Positions 14,401 through 27,617 of a stretch of DNA of 64,000 bases are shown here, piece after piece (the first letter of the stretch is position 1; every line of letters starts with the position of its first letter). Both the position numbers and the translations under genes were made by a program. The DNA comes from Eledone cirrhosa. Lineage: Eukaryota. The notes beneath the pieces are model-generated. The model made no database searches. It was given only the letters and a program-made list of their open reading frames with translations, and was not told the DNA's origin. Location of the stretch: contig OZ024743.1 of the NCBI GenBank assembly GCA_964016885.1, forward strand, positions 78,864,001 through 78,928,000, written 5' to 3'.

Positions 14401-16426
14401 TGGGAGAGGCACAGACATGCGCCATTCCCGACAGATCCATCCACGACAACCTCCACCTCATGCGATACATCGTAGAGAGGGTAGCTAGGGAACCTGGCAC
14501 GGGTGGGTCTTTGATCAATTTAGATCAGTCGAAAGCCTTCGATAGGGTCGACCATCGTTACCTAGCGGCAGTCCTGAGGGCGGCTGGCTTTGGGCCAGTC
14601 TTCAGAGGCTGGATCGCTGCCATGCACAGCGACATCTGCTCTGTAGTGAGAGTGAACGGTCACCTTTCGGAACCGTTCAACATCATGCGCTCGGTCCGCC
14701 AAGGATGTCCCCTCTCGTCCCTATTGTACGTATTGACTCTCGAGCCATTACTGCACAAACTGGAGACGTTGAGGGGGGTCCCGCGCGAACTAGGATGCGG
14801 AAGATCCGTGTCAGCATATGCCGACGATGTCACCGTAGTGGTGTCGAACGCCAAACACATCGAGGCGATCGGCACTACACTAAGAGAATACGAAGCGGTG
14901 ACAGGAGCGATGATCAACCAGGAAAAGTCAGTGGGCCTGCAGCTCGGCACCTGGAGAGGCAGGTCCATGCCGTCCAACAGCGTCGTCGGGCGCTGGACGG
15001 ACGGACCGGTTAAATTGCTAGGGGTCTGGCTCGGTCCAGACCTCCAGACGGACAAAAACTGGGACGAGGTGACGAGCAGGGTGGCTTCTCTCACCCAGAA
15101 ATGGGCCGAGAGGAAGCTATCCCTGAAAGGTCGAGCGGAGGTGGCGAATGCGTACATCGCATCCGTCATCTACTACCGCCTGACCGTCGTACCTTGTCCT
15201 AAGCCCCGCCTGACTGCGCTGGAGCGTTTGCTCTTTCGCTTCTTGTGGAAGGGACGCGCTCCGATGGTCAGGCGGTCCATCTGCTGTCAACACCCGCTAC
15301 GTGGAGGGCTGGGCATGCCGTGGCTGATGATGCGCAGACACGCGCTCAGGCTACGACATCTCCACCTCTTCCTCGACGGTGATCAGGTGTGGTCGCCGTT
15401 TGCTAGACACGTTTTTCCCCAGCTCGTCTCCTTGACGGAGCTGCAGTCCTGGGTCAAGCGAAGACCGAGAGGGAGCGCTTGGAGACTGGAATGTCTTCAG
15501 GCGCTCACATCCCTCGACCAATCGGGCAATGTGATCGGTGGAAACTCCACCTTGGCGTTCTATAGGGGATTAGTGGAGGGGAAGAGCGCCGACGTACTTG
15601 GAGAAACTCTAGGCGTCGACGAAAATCAACTAGCCAATCTCTTCGGAAGGACTTTCGGGCCGGGGCCTATGGACAACTTCCAGAAATCCCTGGCCTGGCA
15701 GTGCTACCGAGGAGCTTTGCCAGTTCGGGATAAACTCTACAGGCATGGAGGTGCTGTCAGCCGGGCATGTCCGAGATGCGCGCAGGGCGACGAAACCGTC
15801 CTGCACGCACTCGTCCAGTGTCCGAGCATTGCTGACTTGTGGGTTTATGTCGAACACCTGCTGTCACGTGTAGGACGGATCCGGCTATCAGCTGAGTCCA
15901 TCGTGAGGATTGCCCCGCCCCCTTCCTTTAGCCGGGAAGGGCAGGCAGTTTTTATCTGTCTGGTGGCCATGGCGAAAGAGATAGTATGGTGGACACGTTT
16001 GAAAGGGCTGAAGACGAGCACTTACCTCTTCGGTGATGCCCTGATTAACTTTTTCAAATTTCATTTGAAAAGGAAAGTCAGGGTAGAGAGGGAAGTGCTC
16101 TCTTCCCAGCATCTTGTTGAAAGATGGGTGAGAGAAGCAAGTATGGCCCGAATGAATGGGCCTTCTCTGAGTATGTGTCTGTAAATTAAAGGTGGAAAAC
16201 TGGGAGAGGGCACTTGCCCTGGTGGTCAGGGCCACTGTGGTCTTTTAATGGGCTTTCTCCACAAATGTCCCTCGGAAGTCTCCCCCCTATTGGGGAATTT
16301 TTCTTTGTTATTTTATTTCAACCTCTGTTTTTTTACACGCAGAAATACCCATTTGTACCGTCCTGTATTGTCCTGTACTGTCCTTAATGTCTACTTTATG
16401 TAAACCCTTGTGGTTAATAAAGAAAA

Positions 16427-16461
<35 letters not shown>
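11430..16461 (+). mobile_element. Tx1/L1-clade non-LTR retrotransposon, near full-length ORF2, (TTA)n tail
   Basis: AP endonuclease from ATG 12782 (GSIDVRGL, ISET, VYAP, GDW, SYLDR, TDH) with frameshifts, followed by the RT, a 3' UTR with AATAAA and (TTA)n at about 16428-16461. The upstream N/T/Q-rich region is a probable ORF1 remnant; the 5' boundary is uncertain. Confidence 0.9.
13755..16184 (+). CDS. Tx1/L1 ORF2 reverse transcriptase and C-terminal Cys/His domain (809 aa open frame)
   Basis: KSPGLDG, NFRPITLLN, LDQSKAFDRVDH, RQGCPLS, YADD, GGLG and CPRC..ETVLHALVQC. Confidence 0.92.
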   Translation: MALDQFFNAKHEGCVVRVRVRALRHEGTKAVQWARVAEARRGNKAMIRSLVDHDGRMLLDPGQMCEAFHRHFAQLFEGSGGPDRGMDFSVYLDGLPRLSATEAECCEKPIKTAEVRDAMTSCTRGKSPGLDGLPYELYGQMPNLFGGLLADVYCNWQQNGRIPSSVSRGAVALLRKDPNKGDNIDNFRPITLLNTEFKILAKVLAKRLALVVGGLVGEAQTCAIPDRSIHDNLHLMRYIVERVAREPGTGGSLINLDQSKAFDRVDHRYLAAVLRAAGFGPVFRGWIAAMHSDICSVVRVNGHLSEPFNIMRSVRQGCPLSSLLYVLTLEPLLHKLETLRGVPRELGCGRSVSAYADDVTVVVSNAKHIEAIGTTLREYEAVTGAMINQEKSVGLQLGTWRGRSMPSNSVVGRWTDGPVKLLGVWLGPDLQTDKNWDEVTSRVASLTQKWAERKLSLKGRAEVANAYIASVIYYRLTVVPCPKPRLTALERLLFRFLWKGRAPMVRRSICCQHPLRGGLGMPWLMMRRHALRLRHLHLFLDGDQVWSPFARHVFPQLVSLTELQSWVKRRPRGSAWRLECLQALTSLDQSGNVIGGNSTLAFYRGLVEGKSADVLGETLGVDENQLANLFGRTFGPGPMDNFQKSLAWQCYRGALPVRDKLYRHGGAVSRACPRCAQGDETVLHALVQCPSIADLWVYVEHLLSRVGRIRLSAESIVRIAPPPSFSREGQAVFICLVAMAKEIVWWTRLKGLKTSTYLFGDALINFFKFHLKRKVRVEREVLSSQHLVERWVREASMARMNGPSLSMCL

Positions 16462-16467
<6 letters not shown>

Positions 16468-16560
16468 TTGCCTTTCATCCTTACGGGGTCGATAAAATAA
16501 AGTACTAGTAATGCACTGGGTAATTGCTGGCCTTGTGCCAAAAGTAGAAACAATTATTAT
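16462..16560 (+). mobile_element. SINE 3' half abutting the Tx1 tail, followed by (CAT)n at 16568-16655
   Basis: aactttgcctttcatccttacggggtcgataaaataaagtac...gtagaaacaattatta. Confidence 0.85.
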
Positions 16561-16567
16561 TATTATT

Positions 16568-16626
<59 letters not shown>

Positions 16627-16674
16627 TATCATCATCATCATCATCATCATCATCATATATTTTGTTCGTTGCAG

Positions 16675-16835
16675 ATGGCAAAGGTACAGCGGTCCCTTAC
16701 CAAGCGACCTTAACCACAATCTCTGATAAAATGTGTAAATTCCTGACGGCGTCTTTACCCTATTCTGTCCGAAATGCCTACAATTTCCACGAAGCTGCCT
16801 TCTGTGCCAATTCTATTCGTTCAGATTCCTGCAAA
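16675..16835 (+). CDS. Serine protease exon (PYQATLTTISDKMC...FCANSIRSDSCK)
   Basis: TTGCAG acceptor and GTAAT donor. Contains FCA and DSC motifs (Asp189 of the trypsin S1 pocket) and ends in phase 0. Confidence 0.9.
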
Positions 16836-16899
16836 GTAATTATTATTTTATTTTATTTGGTTTTGTTTATTGTTTGGTGATGAAAAAGCTTCATGTGAC

Positions 16900-17050
16900 A
16901 GCACGAGCCCTAATGGTTGGGGTGCTGAGTTCAGGATTATAAGGTCAAGGTCATGGGTATGATTCTCAGATCATGTGTGTGCTCCTAGCCAAGGCATTTC
17001 ATTACAGATCGTTCCAGTTTATTCTGCTGGAAATGAGTACCAGCCGTAAC
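16900..17050 (+). mobile_element. Diverged second SINE family (CORE-like); related antisense copy at ~18075-18190
   Basis: Degenerate tRNA-like head, tcctagccaaggcatttc core and aaatgagtacc motif. Confidence 0.45.
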
Positions 17051-18775
17051 TGGTGGTTAGCCCGCAGATTGGCGTCCGGTTTAGAGGGAGGTGATCTTGT
17101 ATGCTCAGTCACTTAACACATCAGGAATCCCAAATAAGCTCCTAGCTTCATCTAACATGGAAAAACGGACGTAAAATCACGATGATATAAACTCAGGCAA
17201 CAGAGTCGTTAGAAGGTCAGACAGAATGTTTTATGGTATTCATTCCGACTCTCTGAGTTCAAATCCCACCGAGGTCAACTTTGCCTTTCTTCGATCAAGG
17301 TGGTTAAAAAAGTACCAGACTAGTACTGGGGTCGATTCTTCCTCTCTCTGGAAGAAATCTGCTGTACTCAGGCCTGGAGAGGTTGTGGGCTCCACTAGTA
17401 TTAAAATTCTCAAGGAACGTCATATGTTAATACGGTGCTTCTACGACTCTATCAGGAGTTACGGGACCATACCATACCAAATCTAGTAAGGGTAGCGCCT
17501 ATAGCCCTTTTCCATGAATTCTGAGACTGGTTGGATTAAGGAAGGGAAGAAATGAGGGAGGTACCCTCAGATTGAAGGACTAGTCCAAATGCTTGCAACA
17601 GAATGGGGTCCAGTAAAGCCAAGTGATGGATTGGAGCGAATATCAATTGCTTACCTTGCTGCTTCTGTTTCTGGATGAGATAAGGAGTTCCGTTAAACCA
17701 CTACGCCGTTGGATAGGCTGGAAAATAAATCATCCGGCTGAGCTCATGCTGGTGCAGTGCCCTTGATATGCTGGAAAATCAATCATCCGGCTGAGCTCAT
17801 GCTGGTGCAGTGCCCTTGATATGCTGGAAAATAAAACAACAACATATTACAACTCCCAACTATGTAGGTTTAGTTGATCTCTTATGAGGCTGCATTTCAG
17901 AGGGGGTTTCCCTGATGTTTTCATGACAGGGGCCTCGGTCTTACCATACACATGTATGATGTTGTTACAGCCTACATCTAGATAAGTTTAACTGAGCTTC
18001 TACAAGGTTACAACTCATGAAACATTTCTCGAGTATTTCAATCATAATTTCCTCCACTGGAAATATCATGAAAAGAGCCGTGAAATGAAGTATCTTGCTC
18101 AAGAGTACAATGCACCATTCTAAACAGGAATGGAACCCATGAGTTTATGGTCATCAATGTAACACTCTACCCACACGATCAGGCACCTTTACTCAGTAAA
18201 TAATGCTGAACATCAGTTTATGTTGTCATGTCAAAGTACGAAACGCCGTTCTGGTATAAGAGAACGGCTTCACATTGTCCTCCAAAATCTTGGTGTCCAT
18301 GGTCACTCTCTGCATTGCTTCTGTTAAAACCTAGTATCCAGGGTCACCCTCTGTGTTTCTTCTGATAAACTTGATGTCTAAGGTCACCCACTTCTAGCCA
18401 GCGTCTTGGGTCATCGTCTCTGGCGTATGTTTTGCATTCACTCTGAAGTATATGATGACAATCCTTCGCTTCCTGTCAAAAACCGTCTCCTATTTCAACA
18501 CCGTAAAGATGGCTTTTAAAGAAACATTTCTCGAATCGCAAACTTCAATATCTGAGTATTCGGCAGACATGTGTAACCATAAGGTAATTGTCAAAGATAT
18601 TCTGCAGGACAGAGAGTGTGACATGGCTGGTCTGTGGAATTATAGGTGTAATCTATCTGACGAGTTTCTACAGAGTTTCTGTCAGAAGGCGGGAGACGTT
18701 CTATGGTGAATGACACCTGGACATTATAGTATATTGACATAATGACTTCGGGTGAAGAAGAAGAAGAAGAAGATT

Positions 18776-18809
<34 letters not shown>

Positions 18810-18968
18810 AATTTAATCTGAGTCTTTCGAATATTCATAAAAATTATTCGATTTGTTTGTAATTATGCAAAAGCTATGTCAGTAGAATGATTCTTGCTCT
18901 TGTGTTGGCATATAAACAGAACGGCAGACACTAATATTTCTGGCTGATTACACTTTATCAGTACCGTA

Positions 18969-19008
<40 letters not shown>

Positions 19009-19657
19009 CTTCTTCTTCTTCTTCTTCTTCTTCTTCTTCTTCTTCTTCTTCTTCTTCTTCTTCTTCTTCTTCTTCTTCTTCTTCTTTAATCTGTTATTTT
19101 AATAAATATATATATATATATGATAACTGCAAACTCTGCTAAGAGTATTGCAATCGCTTGTCAGATTTTAGAGTTTGGTGTGCTTTTAGGCTGCGGTCAG
19201 CCGCACAAACCTATAACAGATCTTGAACAAGCAATGCCTGTATTTTGAAGGTTTTTTTAAGTGGATAAAGGCCTTGCACTCGACCAATGCCATTCTCTGA
19301 GCATCGAAAACGCTACCCGAAAAGGAGAACTTGTCAACATCATCGGATGCTTCCGATGCCCCAGGTTTTTCTTTTTTTCAGAGATTCCCTCTCTTAGAAA
19401 GGTTCTGTGACAACAACTGGTCGCCTTTCACACCCAGGTGAAAAAAAAGTACTATTTGGATGACTCTGCTAAGTGCCTCCGACCTTTGCTGGGTCTTGTA
19501 TTTCATCCCGTAGGGTGTCCAAATATCACCCTCCACACCAAGCAAGCTTGGTGGGGTTGCCAGTTTAGTCACCGACAACCCGACCATGAGACAGGTTGTA
19601 CTGGGTTACATGTTACCGGTAGCACTCGAGAGCGACCTGTCATACATACATGCAAAT

Positions 19658-19744
<87 letters not shown>

Positions 19745-19980
19745 TGTGTGTGTGTGTGTGTGTGTAAGCAAGTATTGCACCAAGAAAAATATAAACATCG
19801 GCAAGACGGAGACCCTCCAGCTGAGCTCTTGCCGTTTCAACAGTTCCAGACTAACAAAACTGTTCAGTTGGCAGTAGGTTTCTCTAATATAGTCACACCC
19901 TACTTTCCCAAGTATTGAGTGCTCTGTTGAACAATGGTCTTACTAGTTTAATACTGGTTTAATCCTGATATATATATATA

Positions 19981-22652
19981 ATGTATAATAAACAATACAA
20001 TATAATTACCTCATTACCAGAGGTTTCCCGAATAAGACGAATACAAGAAACGTCCTCATTCGTTCGTCAGACAAGGCAATTTAAAACATAGTGAAATATT
20101 TGAAAATTCTCCTCAAGAAAGGCAAAAGTCTAACGGGCAAAAAAAATATATAAATAAAAGTAATGCAAGAGCTATATAAAAATTAAATAAGGAAATATAG
20201 TAAGGGTATGTGTATAAATGTGTGTATATGCAGCTACAAATGTACATATGTGTGTATGTACAAATGCATGTGTATAGTGAAAAAATGTGTGCGTAAGTAC
20301 ATACATGAGGGCAAGCATATCAGTGTATGTGTGACCACAAATACGTATATAATATATGTTGAAAAAAGAAATTGTAAGATAATAGAGTTAGCGTACATAC
20401 AGACTCAGGGACTAAGGATTGAAATATATACACATACAAGGGTGAAAGCACGCGTATAAACATACACACGCACAACATACACACGCACAACCACATACAT
20501 GTATGTGATATATACAGGGAAGGGAGTGAATCAGTCAAAGCTGTGTCAGACTGAAGATCGATTCAGATATAAAAATATAAAATATGGAAATGAAATAATA
20601 TATAAGAATAAAAATTAAATCAAAGAGAAAGTAAGAGGGAGGGGTTATCAATTATAAAGTAACACTAGAAAAAATAAATAAAAAGTAGAAAACATATAGA
20701 GGTTCGTACGCACACATATATATATATATATAAAAATATATATACGTACAGACAAAAACACATACATGCGTACATACATACAAAAGCACGCATACGCATA
20801 TATATATACTTACATGTACATCTAAATCACACGCACGCGCGCGACCATATATATATATAACCTGCCGTATGAATAAATGGGTACAAATTATACGCAAGTA
20901 AACATACATAAAAGCGGCTGAGGGACAACAGAATATATCTGGAGTTGAAAATACAAGTGACTTGTGATATCAGGTAGCGAAAGAAAAGGGGGAAGTAAAA
21001 CATGTAAAATTGTGGAGATATAAAGTAAGTGAATCAAAAAGAAGGGGGCGGGGGGTCACTAGTGGATGTGAAGTAAAAATAAAGTTAAAAATAAAAAATA
21101 GAAGTAAATCAGAAAGAGAAGTCTGTAAAGAAGGTAAGTTAAGGCAAGTGAAGAACAAGAGTTTGTGGAGGATAAATATCTGAAAGTGAATTAAGTTTAT
21201 ATGAGCTGGAAAGCAAGTGTGATTTCATGTGTGGGCAACTGGTGAAAATTTCTGTTTTTGCATTTTGGCAGGTTTTTGGTGATTTAAGGTTCTGTAAAAT
21301 CCAATATTTTTCGCTTATGCAGAATGCGCATCTTCTTGTTCCTCTTGCATATTCTTTAGATTGGTTCAAATTTGACCAATCTAATTTATATTGGATACCT
21401 TGGTCTTTCAAATCCCATATTCTGCTAGCCAGAGCTGTTGTAAATCTTTATTCAGGATGTCAGAAAGATGCGACATGTGAGTAATAACGTGTTTTGAATT
21501 TGTCTTGTGTCCTACCCACATATCGTTCGCTGGTGGCTGGTAGGTTGTTGCTGGTGGTTGTCACTTTAGCCGCATATACAATGGATTTGGTGTTGCATTG
21601 GCATTCACTTTTGACTCTACAGGAGCAATTTTGATGTTCTCTGGGTATTTTCTTATTGAGGATATAAGATTTAATAGGGGGATCGCAGAAGTAGCTGATT
21701 TTGACACAGTTTCTATTGAAGATCTTATAGTATCTATGTGTTCTAGGTAAATGTTTATCTAAGAGCTCTAGGAATTTTGTGCCTACATTAGTTTTAACTG
21801 CTAAAGAGTAGGTGGGTGGGAACCAGATTATTTTTCATTTCCTATTATTACGTTTAAAGGAGTTAGTATTGTTAGGTATGTACTTAATCGGTTCGCTAAA
21901 TCCGCTATTTTGAAGGGCTTTATTATAGTAGGGGTATTCCTTATTGAAAATAGCTTCTGAGGAAGAGAGGGTGGAGATCCTACGGCTAATATTAGGGATA
22001 AGATTTTTAAAAACTATAGGAGGATGGCAAGAGCCTTTATTTATATATTTTAAATTTTCATTAGATTTATGGTACGGTTTATAAGAAGCAGTAGGCAGAT
22101 CTAAGTTTATATCTAGAAAATTAACATTAGAAAAGTTAGTGTCAATGGTAATTTTAAGATTAAAACTAACGAAGGTTTTTATTAAGTTTTTCCTGAATCT
22201 ATCTAAGTTATGGCCTATAGTGGTATGGGAAAGTATTAGACCATCGTCACGATAAAGCCCTAAGGTATGGTTAGGGAATTTCTCTTTAAATGTGTGTAGG
22301 AGGAATAGGCCGACTAAATCACACACGTCAGCACTGTCAAAAGAACCCATTGAGACATCGAATGGGTTCTCTGGGTTAGATTTTACTTTCCCTTTTTCTT
22401 TCACTACCTGATAGCACAAGTCACTTGTATTTTCAACTCCAGATATATTCTGTTGTCCCTCAGCCGCTTTTATGTATGTTTACTTGCGTATAATTTGTAC
22501 CCATTTATTCATTCGGCTGGTTTTTATATATGTATGCGTGTAAGTGTGCATTTATGTGTATACGTGTTTGTATATGTATACGAATGCATTTGTATGTGCG
22601 CGTGTATGTGTATATGTGTGTGTGTGTGTTTTATATCTATGTTTTTTACATA

Positions 22653-22739
<87 letters not shown>

Positions 22740-22882
22740 ATATGGTCGCGTGCATGCGTGTGATTAGATGTACATGTATGTATATATATGTGTATCGTGT
22801 GTAGGTACGAGTGCTTTTGTATGTATGTGTTTTTGTCTGTAGGTATATATATATATTTATATATATATGTATATATATATAC

Positions 22883-22963
<81 letters not shown>

Positions 22964-22978
22964 TATATAAATATAAAT

Positions 22979-23033
<55 letters not shown>

Positions 23034-23808
23034 TACGAGCCTCTGTATGTTTTCTACTTTTTATTTATTTTTTCTAGTGTTACTTTATAATTGATAACCC
23101 CTCCCTCTTACTTTCTCTTTGATTTAATTTTTATTCTTATATATTATTTCATTTCCATATTTTATATTTTTATATCTGTACCGACCTTCAATGTGACACT
23201 GCTTTGACTGATTCACTCCCTTCCCTGTATATATCACATACATGTATGTGGTTGTGCGTGTGTGTATGTTTATACGCGTGCTTTCATCCTTGTATGTGTA
23301 TATATTTCAATCCTTAGTCCCTGAGTCTGTATGTACGCTAACTCTATTATCTTACAATTTCTTTTTTCAACATATATTATATACGTATTTGTGGTCACAC
23401 ATATACTGATATGCTTGCCCTCATGTATGTACTTACGCACACATTTTTTCACTATACACATGCATTTGTACATACACACATATGTACATTTGTAGCTGCA
23501 TATACACACATTTATACACATACCCTTACTATAGTTCCATATTTTATTTTTATATATCTCTTGCATTACTTTTATTTATATATATTTTTTGCCCTTCTTC
23601 AGGAGATTTTTCAAATATTTCACTATATTTTAAATTGCCTTGTCTGACGAACGAATGAGGACGTTTCTTGTATTCGTCTTATTCAGGAAACCTCTGGTAA
23701 TGAGGTAATTATATTGTATTGTTTATTATACATTAAATTTAGCTCTGTAACTTACATAGAGCACTCTTCACTCCTATGACTTTTTCAATTTTCAACGGAA
23801 ACTCAATA

Positions 23809-23810
<2 letters not shown>
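19981..23810 (-). mobile_element. Penelope-like element (Naiad-type), 5'-truncated, with inverted pseudo-LTRs in (TA)n
   Basis: RT motifs MGSFDSADVCDLVG and GLYRDDGL (21835-22385); GIY-YIG CSCRVKSEC..IVY..YVG..CAFCISEK..SCPH (about 21140-21640). About 19981-21000 is inverted at about 22385-23733, with a unique extension at 23734-23810. Confidence 0.92.
23633..23710 (+). ncRNA. Type I hammerhead in pseudo-LTR (mirror copy 20004-20081, - strand)
   Basis: aattgccttgt-CTGACGA-long stem II-GAAA-cctctgg-TA-atgaggtaatt: an 11-bp stem I including G-U pairs. Confidence 0.88.
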
Positions 23811-23882
<72 letters not shown>

Positions 23883-23890
23883 CATATCAA

Positions 23891-23946
<56 letters not shown>

Positions 23947-23947
<1 letters not shown>

Positions 23948-26900
23948 TAGCAGTTTATATATAAACTATTTTCCAGACGGCATAGCTCCAACATCTCTAA
24001 CACCTGCACCAACATCTATAGCACCTCTTTGTAGACGATATTGCGTGTCATCCCTTGAAGATTGTAAGCAAAAGTCCATTCCTGCTCCCTACGCAGGAAC
24101 AGGCAACATAAAGTTGGCCATGTGAGAAGCATGACTTCCCCCCAAATGGATGCCCTCCACCGACAATGTTTGCCCTTGTGACTTGTTAATGGACATGGCA
24201 AAATATGGTCTCACCGTAGATCGCCGGAAATCGAACAGGATATCTGACGCCGAGGGGAAAAGGTTCATCCTTGGAATGAAAACATTCTCCCCTCTCCCGC
24301 ACCCTGTTACAATGGTGGCCTCAATCAAGTGGGGCGTCAGTGACATGACAACCATGCGAGTACCGTTGTACTGCTTTGGTGGACGCAACTTCCTTATTAG
24401 CATAAGGGGACAGCCAACCCTAAGCTTAAGAATGTGAGGTGGGAGCCCTGGGGGCTCAATGGAGTTTAATAACTCAACCGGATAATTAACGATATCGTCC
24501 GGGTCTGACGTCCTGTCGATAGATTTGAAGATGTGCTCTTTACCGGGAATCTTCTCAATCAGCTGCTCGTTAATAAAATTAACCATGTCATTTTTCGGAG
24601 CAAGGATGGCTCTTTCGCTGAGCCAATCGAGGTTTTTAAATTTAGATGAGACATTAGGAAAAACTGCTTCCCAAAGGGCTGCCCACAATGTTGCACAGGG
24701 AGCTGATTGCTATGCCGCCCTTGTCATCCGCAGGGACTTTTCCCTCACCAAGTGCTAAATTGTTCTGAGCAAATGCTGCAGACATGTTGTCACCATGCAA
24801 ATGAGCACGCATATTTGTGCTCAGGTACAAACTCTTCACCTGGGGCCACAGCGTGGACGACTTAAGGTAGGCACGCACTTCATCAGCTCTTGTCCCTTTG
24901 GGGATGACAGGCAGCGTTTTCCGAAAATCCCCTGATAGCAGAAGGGTTACGCCACCCATAGGAGCTGTAGAATCCCTAATGTCTTTCAGGGTCTTGTCCA
25001 ATGCCTCAAGGGCACCCTTGTGTGCCATTGTGCATTCATCCCAAACAATGAGGCAACATTTTTTGAGAATCAGAGCTTCGTGTCAGCTCTTGCTGATATT
25101 GCACGTTGGTGTCTCAGTTTTTACTAAATGCAAGGGGTGTTTAAAGGTTGAATGTGCTGTCCTGCCTCCCGGCAGCAAAATAGCGGCGATCCCGGGCGAT
25201 GCAGCGGCCAACGCAATTTTTTTCTCCTGACGAATCTTAGCCAGAATCAATTTCGTTACAAACATTTTTCCGGTAGCCCCAGGAGCATCGAGAAAGTAAA
25301 CACCCCCAGTCTGATTTTGAACCGCGTCAATGATCGTTAAATAGGCCAACTTTTGGTCCGACAGAAGTCTGGGCTCATTTTCCTCTAAGTATTGGGAAAG
25401 AGATTCGATATCATATGCTGTTTCCCGCAATATATCCGGGGCCAACGTCTTAGCTTCCTCTCTGACGGTTGACGGCAAGCCATACGTCGCCAACTCACTC
25501 CCACCCATGTCGAGGAGGGCGTCTTCGATATCAATGAATGCCCTGTTATAGATAATGTCGTTGCAACCAACTTCCACTGAAGGATACTGCAGATGAGCCA
25601 GGCGCAGGAAGTCCTCAGGCATGAAGTCTCTGTACTTGACCCATAAAGATTTGGGATCACCCAATTCACACTTTTGAAGCAAAATGGCTAAGAGCTCCCG
25701 TAGACTTTTAGGTGATTTCAACAAAGCACCCTCTGCTAAAGTGGAATCCCATTGCGAATCATCTTCTAAAAGACCACGCTTAAAGCAGGCTTCCCGGTAC
25801 GTATCACATATTTCTCCATCAACAGTTTTGAGGTCCTGAAAACTTTGTGGGCCTACATCTTCATGCAGAAGAAGGCGGAGATGAAAGCGCTCATCATGAC
25901 TTGGGGCCACAGTGTAAACCCTTCGAAGACAGCTGTCAAATTTTACACCAGGATGTCTTTCAACAGCCTGACCAGAATTTCTTCGCACCCAAGTGTTTTT
26001 CGACCATATAAAGTAGGATGGAACCTGGGGGTACACAATTGCGCAAATGTATCGAACTGGCAAAGTTTGAAGAAACCCGTCAGAGTGGTCTCTTTCGGAT
26101 CGGCGGCCAACTTGGTGGCCGTTTAGTCCGTAAAGTAAACCTTTTGCCCATTTTCCAAATGTACCGCAAGCTGTAAGATGGCGGGGTGCCGTTGGTGTAG
26201 GGGTAAACCAAATAGGCGCCAAAAAGCTTCATTGCTACTGATGTACCGCCCCGCCAGGTATTCTGTGACCTCGTCCCTGCTATTTTCAGCTTGAAATGCA
26301 AGCATTGCGGCATCAGAGCCCTTATTTACATATTTGCATATGTATTTTATCGACTTGACGGAGTTGCAAAACTCAACGTTGATGTGGGCGTTGAACATCT
26401 TCAAGAGAAGCGGACAGTAAGGGACCACCCATCTATTGTCGACTTGACCTCCCATTACTGTTGTGGTGAAGCCACCGTTCGAGGGCTGTCTCCGCCTGTA
26501 CAGGGGGTACCAGTCGCCACCAGCCTGAGTCTGGTCAACAAATTTTTTGGAGTATCGCTTACTGCACGACCCCCCCCCCCCCTTTGAGACACGTGTGATG
26601 CTCATTAGAACCCGACGTACACAGACCATGTTAGCTTTGACGATATCATATAATTCCTGGTCAGTTGCTGGGTTAAGGATTTCAGCCGAAATGAAGCTGT
26701 CTATGGCATTTGAATTGATTTTATCAGCTAACCAAATCAAAATGTGAACATGTGGCAGCCCTCGTTTTTGCCATTCGACGGTGAACATGTCACATTTTAC
26801 AGCCCCAAATACCTGACCCTTTTTGATTAAAGCCATGAGTTTAGCCAGTTTCAGTTTGAATACTCTGGCAATGAGGTCATGTCTGTTCGAATAATTTTAC

Positions 26901-27279
26901 CCAGGAAAAAGTTCACGGGTTACATTCCGATTCATATGTCTATAGCATTAATATGTTAGATGAAGTGTTATTTTGCGGGTTGTTATCTGCAAAAAGCCGA
27001 TTAAAAATGCCCCAGACAAGCCGTATGTCAATACGGAACGCTCCACTGCAGTGTTGTCATATAGGGAGCGAAGAGCGACAGAGAGAGTAAAGCAGTTAAA
27101 TTATAGAGAGGGGGAATGATAATGGTCGATTTTTGCCCTTATTGTTAATGGATTTGAAATTTATTTGCTTCATCACCTTTTCCTGACCAAAAGTAATAAT
27201 TGTCCCGACTTTGAATAGAATCCGTTGGAAATTGTGGACGTGAATCCGTTACAAACCTTAACACACACATCCTCAGATT

Positions 27280-27290
<11 letters not shown>
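23947..27290 (-). mobile_element. Helitron, internally deleted, with frameshifted Rep/Pif1 helicase
   Basis: HUH motif VEWQKRGLPHVHILIW, KYICKYVNKG, Walker A-like DAPGATGK, GDFRKTLPV and MSINKSQGQTL. 3' CTAG at 23947-23950 is followed by T; the 5' end merges into (TA)n. Confidence 0.92.
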
Positions 27291-27317
<27 letters not shown>

Positions 27318-27323
27318 TATATA

Positions 27324-27419
27324 CAGGGTGTCCCAAAAATGTATACACACTTCAACAGCGTTCTAATGAATATTGCCTGTACAGTTAATGAAAGTGTGTA
27401 TACATCTTTGGGGGACACC

Positions 27420-27422
<3 letters not shown>
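27324..27422. mobile_element. Tc1/mariner-type MITE (~99 bp)
   Basis: TIRs cagggtgtcccaaaaatgtatacacactt / aagtgtgtatacatctttgggggacaccctg, with TA on both sides. Confidence 0.85.
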
Positions 27423-27486
<64 letters not shown>

Positions 27487-27617
27487 GATAAATCTACCAA
27501 GAGTTTACGGTAGTGTCCAATCCGTATGAAGAACTCAATGTATTCCGGATATCATGGAAAGAAGAGATGTAATGAAAATCCACTTTCGGTGAAAGATAAA
27601 CGGTATACAGAGTCAAG

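Noticed and set aside
18650-18710. CTGACGA followed by a hairpin
   Set aside because: GAAA is missing (GGGA) and stem I is unsupported.
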